Shown piece by piece: positions 1 to 9,708 of a DNA stretch of 64,000 nucleotides. A program made the translations under genes and the position numbers. Numbering within the stretch: the stretch's first letter is position 1; the number at the start of each line of letters is the position of its first letter. The stretch is from assembly GCA_035703635.1 (NCBI GenBank), contig DASSXV010000005.1:10065-74064 (forward strand), given 5' to 3'. Source of the DNA: Trueperaceae bacterium (lineage in GTDB: Bacteria > Deinococcota > Deinococci > Deinococcales > Trueperaceae). The notes beneath the pieces are model-generated. The model ran no database searches, was not told where the DNA came from, and saw nothing but the letters and a program-made list of their open reading frames with translations.

Positions 1-54
1 GTTGAGACCGGCCCGCGGTACGACCGCATCCTCGTCGAGGTCGAGAAGCCGTGA
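1..54 (+). CDS. 3' end of a probable head-tail adaptor/closure protein (partial)
   Basis: Frame 1 reads VETGPRYDRILVEVEKP*; the stop overlaps the next start (GTGA); position in the neck module. Confidence 0.45.
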   Translation, partial: VETGPRYDRILVEVEKP

Positions 55-467
55 GCGTCCGCGATTCCGTCGTCATGCTCAACGGCAGGCTCGCGCGTGG
101 CCTCAACGTCCGCGCAGAGGGCCTTCGCAGCGAGATCTACAGCGCGCTCGAGCAGTCCCAGCACGGTCGCGGCCGGCACTACCCCGGCGACCCAAGGCGC
201 AGCAGCGCCCCCGGCGACCCGCCAGCAAGGCAGACGGGTCGGCTACAGGAATCCATAGCGGTCCTGCAGCGCGCCACGCCGCAGCTCCTCGAGGCAGCCG
301 TTGGTCCGCGCCCACAGGCGTTCACCCGCACCGCGCCTTACCCAGTGTTCCTCGAGTTCGGCACGCGCCGCATGGCACCGCGACCGTTCGTCAGGCGCGG
401 CCTCACAGCGTTCCGCGCCAAGGTCAGGAACGTCACCACCGCCAAGTGGGGAGAGGAGACTCCGTGA
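51..467 (+). CDS. HK97 gp10-like neck/tail completion protein
   Basis: Motifs SAPGDPPARQTGRLQESI and YPVFLEFGTRRMAPRPF. Confidence 0.85.
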   Translation: MSVRDSVVMLNGRLARGLNVRAEGLRSEIYSALEQSQHGRGRHYPGDPRRSSAPGDPPARQTGRLQESIAVLQRATPQLLEAAVGPRPQAFTRTAPYPVFLEFGTRRMAPRPFVRRGLTAFRAKVRNVTTAKWGEETP

Positions 468-844
468 GCCTCAAGAGCGTCCTGACCGGGATTCGCACGA
501 GCCTCAAGACCGCCACGAGCGTCCCTGTCGAGTTGCGAGACGAGCTGCCGCTAAAGGATGGCGCCTACCAACCACCGACCAGCGCACGGCACGTGATCAT
601 CGACCTGGTCAGCACCGATCCCCACCGCGGCCTAACAGGCAGCGTCTACGAAGGCATCGACGTGCAAATCGGCGCGTGGAGCACTAAGGGTGTCACGGAC
701 GCCCTCGACCTAGCCGAGACGTGCCGCTCAACCCTCGCAGGCAACTACGTTCGCACCGGCCCCGTCGTCCTCACGAGGGACGAAGAGTGGCGCGGAGTGC
801 TTTTCACCGTCTCGGACGCAGCCGCGTTCGACGACTTCCAGTAA
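464..844 (+). CDS. Putative tail terminator protein
   Basis: GTG start after GAGGAG overlaps the upstream stop; 126 aa; lies between the gp10-like gene and the tail tube gene; VQIGAWS...ALDLAE pattern. Confidence 0.65.
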   Translation: MSLKSVLTGIRTSLKTATSVPVELRDELPLKDGAYQPPTSARHVIIDLVSTDPHRGLTGSVYEGIDVQIGAWSTKGVTDALDLAETCRSTLAGNYVRTGPVVLTRDEEWRGVLFTVSDAAAFDDFQ

Positions 845-855
845 GGAGACAAGTC

Positions 856-1512
856 ATGGCAGTAGGGGAACTCGTTACCCGCAAGGGCTTCGACCTTGCG
901 GGCAAGATCAGAGCGCCGAAGATCACCATCGGCAGCGTCAGCGGCAACTTCGCGTACGGTGAGACCGTGACGGGCGGCACGAGCGGCGCCACCGGCACCG
1001 TCGCGTACGTCGCCGCCACGGAACTGCAACTCATCAACGTCGCTGGGACCTTCCAGAACGCAGAGACGATCACTGGCGGCACCTCCGCGGCGACCGCCAC
1101 CACCAGCGGCACGCCGTCCGTGAGCTGGACCACCGCCTGGTTGGACATCGCACGCGTCCGCGACACATTCACAGTCAACCGTCAACGCCCGGTCACGGAG
1201 ATCGTCGACTTCTCCACCGGCGAGGAGGACTTCACCGACAAGATCGCCGGCAACCAGTCCGGCAACGCCTCGTTCACCATCAACCTCGTGCCCGGCGGCA
1301 AGTCCTTTCAGATGGCCGAGGCCGCGATGGACGCCAACCTCGACATGGCAGTCCGCCGCGTCCAGAAGGACCGCACGGAGACGAACACCCGCACCCGGTA
1401 CTACGTCGGTGTCGTCACGGGCTTCAATGAGACCGACAGCGTCACGGACGCATCGACGGTCGCGGTCACGTACGAGATCAGCGACGTCAGCAAGACCGAC
1501 CCGACCACCTAA
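856..1512 (+). CDS. Major tail (tube) protein with an inserted repeat domain
   Basis: AAGGAG RBS then ATG 856; C-terminal WLDIARV...EIVDF...SGNASFTIN...VVTGF...VTYEIS resembles siphovirus tail tube proteins; position. Confidence 0.75.
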   Translation: MAVGELVTRKGFDLAGKIRAPKITIGSVSGNFAYGETVTGGTSGATGTVAYVAATELQLINVAGTFQNAETITGGTSAATATTSGTPSVSWTTAWLDIARVRDTFTVNRQRPVTEIVDFSTGEEDFTDKIAGNQSGNASFTINLVPGGKSFQMAEAAMDANLDMAVRRVQKDRTETNTRTRYYVGVVTGFNETDSVTDASTVAVTYEISDVSKTDPTT

Positions 1513-1513
1513 C

Positions 1514-1771
1514 GTGTTCGCGGCCGCCTGGCTCCCCGGCCAGAAGAGGGGCGAGGTGCCGGCGGTGCAAGCCGTCGGCGCTCACCTCACGCCCACCGGG
1601 GTGCACTGTTGGCTCCTGCACGCCGCCCGCAACCGCAGCCGCGCCAAGACCCTCGTCCTGCACCTGTACGACGACGACGGGCAAGTGGCGAAGCGCGTGC
1701 GCGTCAAATGGCCCCGCCTCAGCGACGGGGAATGGAGGGACATCAACCTTGAGTACCAAGAGAAAGCCTGA
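1514..1771 (+). CDS. Phage hypothetical protein (85 aa)
   Basis: GTG start just after the tube gene stop; GC-rich third positions; overlaps the next gene. Confidence 0.5.
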   Translation: MFAAAWLPGQKRGEVPAVQAVGAHLTPTGVHCWLLHAARNRSRAKTLVLHLYDDDGQVAKRVRVKWPRLSDGEWRDINLEYQEKA

Positions 1772-2162
1772 AGCGCGGCCGCCGTCCATGGTGACCGTGT
1801 TCGATATCACCATCCCCGCGCACGACTATCTGACCGCCTGGGAGCTCGAACGCATCGAACTCCTCGCCGCGCAGCAACCGGAGTCCGCCACCCGGCACGA
1901 CCTGGAAGTCCTCGCGGTGTTCATCGAAAGCCGCACTGGCGAGCATCCCGACCTCGACAAACTTGAGCGCCTGCCCATCCACGCGGACGAGCTCACCAAG
2001 GCCGTCGAGGTCCTCGTTGCCCCTTTCGTCACTTGGCAGCTCGAGCGCGTGAGGCGGCGGCACGAGCGAGCCATGCGCCTCCTAACGCCCGCGCAGAGGA
2101 TCGCAGCGTTGCAAGCGGAGCTGGCAGAACTGCTGCCATCCGCGAACGGCACGCCCAACTAA
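1749..2162 (+). CDS. Tail assembly chaperone (G-like)
   Basis: Lies between the tube and tape measure genes and is followed by a -1 frame ORF. Confidence 0.6.
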   Translation: MSTKRKPEARPPSMVTVFDITIPAHDYLTAWELERIELLAAQQPESATRHDLEVLAVFIESRTGEHPDLDKLERLPIHADELTKAVEVLVAPFVTWQLERVRRRHERAMRLLTPAQRIAALQAELAELLPSANGTPN

Positions 2163-2491
2163 GGGCCCTCGCCTGGCACCACTGGCCGCACCTGGGCACC
2201 GAATGGCGTCGCATCCCGCTCGAGGATGTCCTTGACTTGATCGAGCACGGCCTGCCGCAGCTCGAGCAGCGGCGGCACGTTCCGCTCGCGCAACTGACGG
2301 ACCTCGTCGCCCGCGCCATCTGGCCGAAAGACCGCGAGCCGCTCCCGTGGCAGGACTGGCTGCCGCCTTACGCGCGCGACGAGCACTCGCACCCCGTTCC
2401 CGCCTGGGTTCGGCGCGACCTGAAGGTCGGACTCCGACTGGGGCTCATCTCGCAGGACCTGTACGACACCGTGAAGCAACTCAGCAGTTGA
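2033..2491 (+). CDS. Tail assembly chaperone extension (T-like), probably made by -1 frameshift
   Basis: In the -1 frame relative to 1749..2162; no convincing start or RBS of its own; ends just before the tape measure gene. Confidence 0.55.
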   Translation: MAARAREAAARASHAPPNARAEDRSVASGAGRTAAIRERHAQLRALAWHHWPHLGTEWRRIPLEDVLDLIEHGLPQLEQRRHVPLAQLTDLVARAIWPKDREPLPWQDWLPPYARDEHSHPVPAWVRRDLKVGLRLGLISQDLYDTVKQLSS

Positions 2492-2506
2492 GAGGGAGGT
2501 GCGCTT

Positions 2507-5461
2507 GTGGCTAGCACGCTCGAGACGCTCGTGATCAAGCTCACGGCCGATGCTCGCCTCCTCGAGGCCGAGCTTGACAAGCAAGTCACCAAGGCCGAAC
2601 GTTCCGGAAAACGCATCGAAAGCGCATTCAGTTCCGGCCTGAAGTTCGCTGGCGCCATCGGCATCGCCGCGACCGGCCTGGCGACCGGCCTGACTGCGGC
2701 CGCGCAACGCGCCGCCACCTACGCCGACGAGATCGACCAGGCTGCCATCAAGACGCGCCTGGCACGCTCCACCGTCCAAGAACTACGGTACGCGACGGAC
2801 CAGGCAGGCGGCAGTTGGGCCGCCGTTGAGAGCAACGTGCGGGCGTTCACCGGCCGCATTGTCGAACTTGAGCGCGGCAGCGATCGCGCCGCAGCCACGT
2901 TCGCAGGCATCGGCGTCAGCGCCTACGACACCGGCGGTAAGCTCCGCGCCACCGAGGACGTGCTGCTAGACACGCTGCATGCCCTCGCAGGCATCAAGAA
3001 CGAGAGCGAGCGCGCAGCACGAACCGTTGAAGTGTTCGGGCAGTCCGGCACGGACCTGCTGCCGCTCCTATCCGTCGGCGCCTCGGGTATTGAAGAGTTG
3101 CGCTCGAAGGCCCACGAGCTTGGCCTGGTACTGGACGACCAGAGCATCGGAGCCCTCGTCACGTACAAGTCGGAGATCAGCCGCGTTCAGCAGCAGGTTG
3201 GTGCGCTCGGTCGTGAGTTCACCGTGGCACTCATGCCGATCCTGACAGGCGGCGTCCTGCCCGCCCTGCAGTCGGGCCTTGACCTGTTCCGCGCCTTACC
3301 GCAGCCCGTCAAGGAGTTCGGCGCCGTCACGGGGACGGCCGCTGTCGGAGTCGGCGCCCTCGCAGCAGCGTTGAGGCTCGTGGGCATCTCCGCCGCGCCG
3401 CTTCTCGGACCAGCCGGGATGTTCCTCGTCGCAGCAGCTGGCCTGGGGTACCTGGTCACCAAGTTCGTCGAGGCGGACGGGCCGCTGAAGGAGCACAAGA
3501 CTCACATCGATGAACTCCGGCAGGCGTACGAGGAGTACCGCGGTGAGATCAACGTCACGACGGACGCCGAGCGCGAGGGTGCCATCGCGCGGCTGCAGAC
3601 CATCCGCAGCGAGATGCTCGAGCGAGTCAGGCTCCTGCGCGAGTTGGCGAACGAGCAGAAGCAGAGCGTGCAGGGTTTCCTGAACAGCCCAATCGGGAAG
3701 TTCCTCATGCCGGGATTCCTCAACGTGGAGGCGTCCGCGGGTTACGGGACGCTCGCTGAGATCGACAAGCTCGAGGGCACCATCGCGAGTCTCGGGAGTG
3801 ACATCAAGGCGCTGCAGAGCGGCGCGACGGGCTTCGGGCCGGGCGTGACGCCGCCACCGCCGGGCGTGACGCCTCCGCCGGCCGGCACGACCGGCAGCGG
3901 TAGTGGTCGAGCAGTTGTGCGCACGTGGCAGATGGTCCTGGACGATCTCGACAGGGCTGGCACGGAAGCGATGCGCCGCGCGGCGTTCGAGGGCACGGAC
4001 GAGGCGTTCCGCGAGGCGGCCCGGAAACGCGTCACTCTCATCGACAACGCGATCACTGAGGCGTTGACGACGTTCTACGGGCAGGTGAGCCCGCAGGAAC
4101 TGGGGGCGTTAGCTGCCCGTCGCGCCCGGGCTGAACACGAGGCGCGCATCCCGGTCGCCGGAGGCACTCCGCCAGACCCCGCTGGTGTCGCGGCCCTGAA
4201 GGCGCAGGCGGACGCCATCATGGCGGACACTCTCCAAGCGAACCGTGACGCGCGTCTCCAAGAACTCAGGGAGACGCTGGCGCAGAACAGCGCCTTGCGC
4301 CAACAGGCGCTGGCCATCATGGCGGACACGAGCCAGGCGCAGGCTGACGCTCGCGCGGCCGAGGAAGCGCAACGCGCCTACATCGACTCCTTGGCTGATA
4401 GCGGCGGCGAACTTGGCCGGTGGTTGGCCACCGCTAACAACCTGACGGCGACCATCAAGTCTGCGAATGACGAGACGGCGCGCATGGGCGTGTTCGCTGA
4501 CGCCCTGGCCAAGTACGGCTCGGGTCGAGCTGGTCTCGCTGGCACTAGCGCCGCCGACCGCGGCAGCCTGCCATCACTCACCAGCCGTGGCGCCGCCGCC
4601 GACCTAGCCCGCGATACCGTCCTTGCCGTCGTCGACGCGTACCACGCTGGCGCCGCGACACTGGACGACGTTCGCGTGGCGGTCGAGGCGTGGACGAGCA
4701 TCACTCCCCAGACCGTCAAGGCGATCAATGACCTCACGGGCGGCATCCTGCAGTTGGCCATCGAGGCTGAACGCGCGAAGCAGCAGGCCGCGGCGCTGGC
4801 CGAGTTCGAGAGCAACCCGGGACTGTACGGCCTGCGAGACGTGCCGGGCGTCAAGGACTACTCTGCCGGCAAGGCAGTCGAGGCGCGGGACGCTTGGCGC
4901 GCCCCGGGCGACATCACGGGCGGTGTGAGGCGCAGCACCATCATCACGCGGGAGGAGGCAGAGGCGGCGCTCAGGGCTCAAGAGGCGTCAGCTGATAGGT
5001 TCGCGAGCACGGTTGTGTCGGCCGGCGCTACGTTCGCATCGGACCTCGTCTCAGCCATCCGCGACGGTGATGTCGGCGCGGCGTTCAAGTCCGCCCTGGG
5101 CTTCGGGCAGTCCGTCGTCGGCGCCGCCGACTTGGGTAGCCTGCCGTTCCTCGGCGGGAGCATCGGCATCGGCGCGTTGCTCAGCGTCGGCCTGGGTCTC
5201 ATCGGCAGCCTGATCGGCGCGATCGCAGGCGGCGGGAACAGCAAGGCGAGCGACGCAACGAACGCCATCAACCGCGGCTCCGTGCCGGCCATCAACCTGA
5301 ACTTCGTCGTGAACCAGTCGAACGTCTACAACGGCGCTCCAAGCGACCCTGCGAACGAGCAGGCGTTCGCGCGGCAGGCAGACGCATTGTTCGAGAGCAT
5401 CTATCGTCGCTACCTAGAGGACCGCTTCCGTCGCCTCGAGGTGCGAGTGGGCATCGCATGA
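2507..5461 (+). CDS. Tail tape measure protein (984 aa)
   Basis: N-terminal LETLVIKLTADA motif, Ala-rich helical sequence, hydrophobic segments, GGAGG RBS, position. Confidence 0.9.
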   Translation: MASTLETLVIKLTADARLLEAELDKQVTKAERSGKRIESAFSSGLKFAGAIGIAATGLATGLTAAAQRAATYADEIDQAAIKTRLARSTVQELRYATDQAGGSWAAVESNVRAFTGRIVELERGSDRAAATFAGIGVSAYDTGGKLRATEDVLLDTLHALAGIKNESERAARTVEVFGQSGTDLLPLLSVGASGIEELRSKAHELGLVLDDQSIGALVTYKSEISRVQQQVGALGREFTVALMPILTGGVLPALQSGLDLFRALPQPVKEFGAVTGTAAVGVGALAAALRLVGISAAPLLGPAGMFLVAAAGLGYLVTKFVEADGPLKEHKTHIDELRQAYEEYRGEINVTTDAEREGAIARLQTIRSEMLERVRLLRELANEQKQSVQGFLNSPIGKFLMPGFLNVEASAGYGTLAEIDKLEGTIASLGSDIKALQSGATGFGPGVTPPPPGVTPPPAGTTGSGSGRAVVRTWQMVLDDLDRAGTEAMRRAAFEGTDEAFREAARKRVTLIDNAITEALTTFYGQVSPQELGALAARRARAEHEARIPVAGGTPPDPAGVAALKAQADAIMADTLQANRDARLQELRETLAQNSALRQQALAIMADTSQAQADARAAEEAQRAYIDSLADSGGELGRWLATANNLTATIKSANDETARMGVFADALAKYGSGRAGLAGTSAADRGSLPSLTSRGAAADLARDTVLAVVDAYHAGAATLDDVRVAVEAWTSITPQTVKAINDLTGGILQLAIEAERAKQQAAALAEFESNPGLYGLRDVPGVKDYSAGKAVEARDAWRAPGDITGGVRRSTIITREEAEAALRAQEASADRFASTVVSAGATFASDLVSAIRDGDVGAAFKSALGFGQSVVGAADLGSLPFLGGSIGIGALLSVGLGLIGSLIGAIAGGGNSKASDATNAINRGSVPAINLNFVVNQSNVYNGAPSDPANEQAFARQADALFESIYRRYLEDRFRRLEVRVGIA

Positions 5462-5901
5462 GCACGACCGTCACGTTCACTAGTCCCATCAGCCCGACGG
5501 CGTTCACGGGCTTCACGCTTCAAAGCGCGGACCGGCAGGCGCTCGAGGTGTTGCGCGACGAAGGCCAAGTGCGGTACGGGTTCTCGTTCATCGGCAATAA
5601 CCTGAAGGCCAGCTACGAGAAGCTCGCGCCCATCGCCGTCGTGAACCTCCTCAATGGTGCCCCCAGCATGACCCTCGATGGTCATCTGGTCGCGGCAGCC
5701 ATCGGCCAGGGCGCCCTGGTGCAGGTCGCCGTTACCGGCGGCCCCACGCGAGTGGGGATCATCACGAATCTCGTCTGGCAGGTGGGCCGCGGCGGGGGGT
5801 TCGGGCAGCGCCTCGACTTCGTGCTCCACCGCTGCCACCGACTACACGTCCGGAGCGGCGGCACCGTCACCACCAGCACAGACCCAGCGGTGAGCGGCTG
5901 A
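5458..5901 (+). CDS. Putative distal tail protein
   Basis: Coupled (ATGA) directly after the tape measure gene; beta-rich. Confidence 0.5.
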   Translation: MSTTVTFTSPISPTAFTGFTLQSADRQALEVLRDEGQVRYGFSFIGNNLKASYEKLAPIAVVNLLNGAPSMTLDGHLVAAAIGQGALVQVAVTGGPTRVGIITNLVWQVGRGGGFGQRLDFVLHRCHRLHVRSGGTVTTSTDPAVSG

Positions 5902-8201
5902 TGGCCGAGTACGTAGGGGGCACCAGCAACAGCTTCGGCAGCGGAACGACCATGACGCTCATCGCCCCAGGCGCTGTGCAGCCGGGCGACAAACTGTACC
6001 TGTTCGCCGCGGGACGCTCTTCGGACGCGCCGCCGGTGTGGAGTGACCCGCTCGGATGGGCGCGCGTAGACGGGAGCCTCCAGGTCCCGACCGTCACCCG
6101 TGGCGCGGCGTGGGAGCGCACCGCGCAGGCGGGCGACGCGCTGGCTGCGGTCACTGTCGGCGCGGACCGGGGCCTCACCGCCGCCGTCGGCGTCCTGGTG
6201 GCGTTCCGCGGATACGACATGACCGTCGGCCAGTGGTTCTTCGGCGAGCAGGCACCGGTCGTCGTGCCAGTGGAGCTGGCGCCGGGCGACCTCTTCGCGG
6301 CGTTCGCGTTCTCCGCGAACAACGCGACCTCCGGCCCTCTCGACACCGACGGAGTGTTCCCGCGGCTGTTCCACCCCACCAGGGGCTTCAACCCCACCCT
6401 GCACGGCGCGTTCCTCTCCGGCCTCGCGCCGACGCCGCTCACCCAGGTGACGATCGGCCACGACATCGGCACGACATGGGCCAGCATCGGCGTGTTCGCC
6501 GTGTCGGGCGTCCCCGCCCAGAGCGCTCCGCGCATCCGCAGCAGCGTCAGTGAGGACGCGGGGAGTTTGTTTCAGGCGACTCAGGCAGCGGCCGTGGAGT
6601 TGGGCTTATCGGAAGCGTTCGAGTACGGCGCAGACATTCCGGCTGGTCGGTTGCGGTCTTTCAGTGAGGCGCTGACCCCGGACGCAACGGCGGTCAGTTA
6701 TTACCCGTTGCCGACGCGCAATCAGGAGATGCTCACCACGGTCGAGGGCGAGACGAACCTCGGTCGGCTGGCCGGCGTCTACCCGAGCGGCATCATGGTT
6801 CCCGCCACGAGCATCCCCGGCGCGGTCGGGGGCGTCGTGACGGCGCAGCAGGCCATCCAGTACGTCACGGCTCAGTGGGCGAGCGCGCACCCCTGGCTGT
6901 CGTTCGCGCCGATTCCCGACTTGCGGTTGATGGTGCCTAGCGCCGTCGCCGCGCCCAGGCAACACTACTTGGATAACCCCGGTGACGGCGTGCTCACCAC
7001 GGCGGCGGTCGTGATTCCGCAGGAGGGCAACGAGCGCCGCTCGATGCGCGAAATCCTCGACGAGTGGCTCGCGATTTTCCCCGGAACCATCGTCAGGCAG
7101 ACGAGCACCGGAGTGATTGAGTTGGTGCCGCGCGTGGGGCCGGACGCACCCAGCGGGGCAGCCGTGACGCTCACGTGGGGCGACCTCACCGGCATCAGCG
7201 ATGGCGAGGACGACCCGAGCGGCGTCACGAACAGGTGCCGCGTCACCAGCCAAGGATGGGAGTTCACGGACAACCAAACACTCAGGCCACCGGCGTTCGT
7301 CGTGTCAATCGGCGGGTTAGGCATCGACCGCAGCGTCCTGGATGGCGAGGCGGTCATCCCGGACGACGCGGAGGAGTTCCAGCCGTGGCGCACGATCCCG
7401 TTCACGGTGTTGGTTGACGGCGGGAACAACGTGACGGTGAACGTCGGCGTCACGGCGTTCGGGTCGTGGAACCGCGCGGCCGCCACCTCGTTCAGCGTGG
7501 AGGGCACCGCGTTCCCGAGCGTGACGTTGGCGGTAGGGCAGTCGGCGGAGGTAAGCATCACGCATACGAGCCGTGCTCTGAGTGTCACGGCCACGTGGCG
7601 ACTCATGCGCGTGACGAGCGTCGCCATTGATGTCGTGCCAGTCACCGTTCCGAGTTACGCGGAGAACCCTCTGGGCCGCACTTACCTGGCGTATCTCCTG
7701 GAGTTCGACATCATTGGCACCGCCTGGGTGCGCTCGAACGAGAGCGTTACGAGCGAGTTCGGGCAGGACGGCGTGGGCATCCCGGCTGATGGCGGCGGTG
7801 ACGCCATTGCTGACAGTCGCGCTCAGTACGGTGAGCGCCTCGCGCAGTTGCAGAGCAACATCTTCCAACTGACGCCCGAACAGGCGCAGGCGGCCGCGCA
7901 GTCCTACGTCTTGTGGAACGTCAATCCGCGCACCATCCGCGACGTGCAGCAGTCGGAATGGAACAAGTTCCCGGTGCGGTTCGACCACATCGGCAGGCTC
8001 GTGGATTTGCCGACGGGCGAGAGGGCGGTCATCGAGAACCGCAGTTATAGCGATTCGTTCAGCAGTACGAGCGGGATGATGCGAAGCACCTTCTCGGCGA
8101 GCGTTACGGAGGTCGTTATCGACACGGACACTCACTGGCTCCTACTAGACGACGGTGACTGGTTCCAACTCGACTCAGGCGAGATGGTGGAGGAAAGCTG
8201 A
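5901..8201 (+). CDS. Tail tip/baseplate hub-like protein (766 aa)
   Basis: Large beta-rich ORF in the tail module; VTNRCRVT and SRAQYGER...SNIF patterns typical of siphovirus hub proteins. Confidence 0.6.
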   Translation: MAEYVGGTSNSFGSGTTMTLIAPGAVQPGDKLYLFAAGRSSDAPPVWSDPLGWARVDGSLQVPTVTRGAAWERTAQAGDALAAVTVGADRGLTAAVGVLVAFRGYDMTVGQWFFGEQAPVVVPVELAPGDLFAAFAFSANNATSGPLDTDGVFPRLFHPTRGFNPTLHGAFLSGLAPTPLTQVTIGHDIGTTWASIGVFAVSGVPAQSAPRIRSSVSEDAGSLFQATQAAAVELGLSEAFEYGADIPAGRLRSFSEALTPDATAVSYYPLPTRNQEMLTTVEGETNLGRLAGVYPSGIMVPATSIPGAVGGVVTAQQAIQYVTAQWASAHPWLSFAPIPDLRLMVPSAVAAPRQHYLDNPGDGVLTTAAVVIPQEGNERRSMREILDEWLAIFPGTIVRQTSTGVIELVPRVGPDAPSGAAVTLTWGDLTGISDGEDDPSGVTNRCRVTSQGWEFTDNQTLRPPAFVVSIGGLGIDRSVLDGEAVIPDDAEEFQPWRTIPFTVLVDGGNNVTVNVGVTAFGSWNRAAATSFSVEGTAFPSVTLAVGQSAEVSITHTSRALSVTATWRLMRVTSVAIDVVPVTVPSYAENPLGRTYLAYLLEFDIIGTAWVRSNESVTSEFGQDGVGIPADGGGDAIADSRAQYGERLAQLQSNIFQLTPEQAQAAAQSYVLWNVNPRTIRDVQQSEWNKFPVRFDHIGRLVDLPTGERAVIENRSYSDSFSSTSGMMRSTFSASVTEVVIDTDTHWLLLDDGDWFQLDSGEMVEES

Positions 8202-8998
8202 TGGCTAAGTGGACAAGCAAACCGATAGCAACCACCTTCGCCGACAACGACGTCGTGCTCCTCGCGGACGTTAGTGAACCCGCCGGCACGCAAGATCGAC
8301 GCGCGACCCTCGCCGCGCTCCGAACGTTCTTGGGCGCGGGCATCACGGTCGGTGTGACTCAAGCAAGCCACGGCCTGTCCGTGGGCGACGTCGTCCGGTT
8401 CGATGGCACCAGTTACGTGCAGGCTACCGCCGACACCGCCGGAAACGCGGAGGCCGTCGGAGTCGTGACCGCCGTGCCCGATAGCGGTACGTTCGCGTAC
8501 CAGACGGCAGGCGTCGCCTCGACGCTCTCAGGCCTGACGCCGGGCGAGCTGTACCACCTCAAAGACGATGGTTCGCTGGGCACCTCGGCTGGCACGGTGG
8601 ACAAGCCCGTCCTCATCGCCACCAGCGCCACGACAGCCGTGCTCATCCTCGCCATCAGCGGCGCAGGCGGCGGCGGCTCCGACCCGACGCGTATCCCGAA
8701 ACTTGCTGTAGTCCGCGCCTACGGTACAAGCGCCAGCCTCGACGAGGACGACGACCTCGCCGCGTACGTACGCGTCACGGCCGCGGCTACCATCACCCTC
8801 CCCGATGGTTTCCCGGCCGGTTGGCAGTGCGTGCTCGTGAACGCCACCGACAGCGACACGGTCGAGCTGGACGCCGCAACGACCCTCACCCTGCCTGCAG
8901 GTTTCGAGCCGGAGATCCAGAACCGCCGCGCAGTCACCGTCATCCACGTCGGCAGCAACGTGTGGGAGGCGCACGGCGCCTTAGTGGAGACCCCCTAG
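8201..8998 (+). CDS. Tail fibre / receptor-binding protein candidate
   Basis: VTQASHGLSVGDVV...GLTPGELY module, GGGGS linker, C-terminal ITLPDGFPAGWQC...WEAHGAL fibre-tip-like module. Confidence 0.6.
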   Translation: MAKWTSKPIATTFADNDVVLLADVSEPAGTQDRRATLAALRTFLGAGITVGVTQASHGLSVGDVVRFDGTSYVQATADTAGNAEAVGVVTAVPDSGTFAYQTAGVASTLSGLTPGELYHLKDDGSLGTSAGTVDKPVLIATSATTAVLILAISGAGGGGSDPTRIPKLAVVRAYGTSASLDEDDDLAAYVRVTAAATITLPDGFPAGWQCVLVNATDSDTVELDAATTLTLPAGFEPEIQNRRAVTVIHVGSNVWEAHGALVETP

Positions 8999-9705
8999 TG
9001 TTCCCGGCGGTTCACGGGATCGCAAGCCAAGGCAACAAGGGCGGCGCGCCCAACCCGGTGGAGTTCGGCGTGCTCGGCGTCAGCAGCGCCGGGCACGATC
9101 CCGTCGGCAGCGACCACACGGTGCCCTTGCCCGAGGGGGAGGGCGGACTCTTGGTGGTGATAGCCAAGGGCGCCGGAGGCACTCAACTGCGGTGGAGCGC
9201 GCCGGGGGGCTGGACGACTGCGGCATCGGAAGGCGACGGCTCCACCAACTGGCCGGTCGTCGTGTTCGCGCGCATGGTTGACGGCACCGAACCGGACATC
9301 CTCACGTTCAGCACGATGAACTCCCTGGGCACCGCACCTACGGTGGCTGGCAGCGCGCTGGTCGCGTACCGGGTGGCGGGCGCGCACGGCGCCGTGGAGG
9401 CCGCCTTCTCGTCCGTCGCGAACCCCCCGGCCCTCACGCCCTCCTGGGGCGCCGCAGAGATCCTGTGGATTGCCGCCTTCACCAGCCGCCTGAGCAACGG
9501 CACCTTCACCGCGCCGCCAGCGAACTACGGTGGCCTCACGCCCGCGAGGAGCCCGACCATAAGCGCGACCAACACGTACGCGCAGATGGCCACGGCGCAC
9601 CGCCTCCACACCGCCGCCACCGAAGACCCCGGCACATTCGCATTCACGGGCACCACCAACGGCCTCTTCACCGCCACCATTGCCGTGCGGGCCGCCGCGC
9701 CGTGA
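8998..9705 (+). CDS. Putative minor tail / fibre-associated protein (235 aa)
   Basis: GTG at 8998 overlaps the upstream TAG; Gly/Thr/Ala-rich beta protein. Confidence 0.55.
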   Translation: MFPAVHGIASQGNKGGAPNPVEFGVLGVSSAGHDPVGSDHTVPLPEGEGGLLVVIAKGAGGTQLRWSAPGGWTTAASEGDGSTNWPVVVFARMVDGTEPDILTFSTMNSLGTAPTVAGSALVAYRVAGAHGAVEAAFSSVANPPALTPSWGAAEILWIAAFTSRLSNGTFTAPPANYGGLTPARSPTISATNTYAQMATAHRLHTAATEDPGTFAFTGTTNGLFTATIAVRAAAP

Positions 9706-9708
9706 ACC

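Noticed and set aside
3841-4329. Short direct repeats in the tape measure gene (GVTPPP x2; GCCATCATGGCGGACAC x2, 99 bp apart)
   Set aside because: In-frame internal duplications, ordinary for tape measure proteins; not CRISPR or DGR
5901-9705. Diversity-generating retroelement or invertible tail-fibre cassette
   Set aside because: No reverse transcriptase, invertase, or TR/VR-like repeat pair seen in the window
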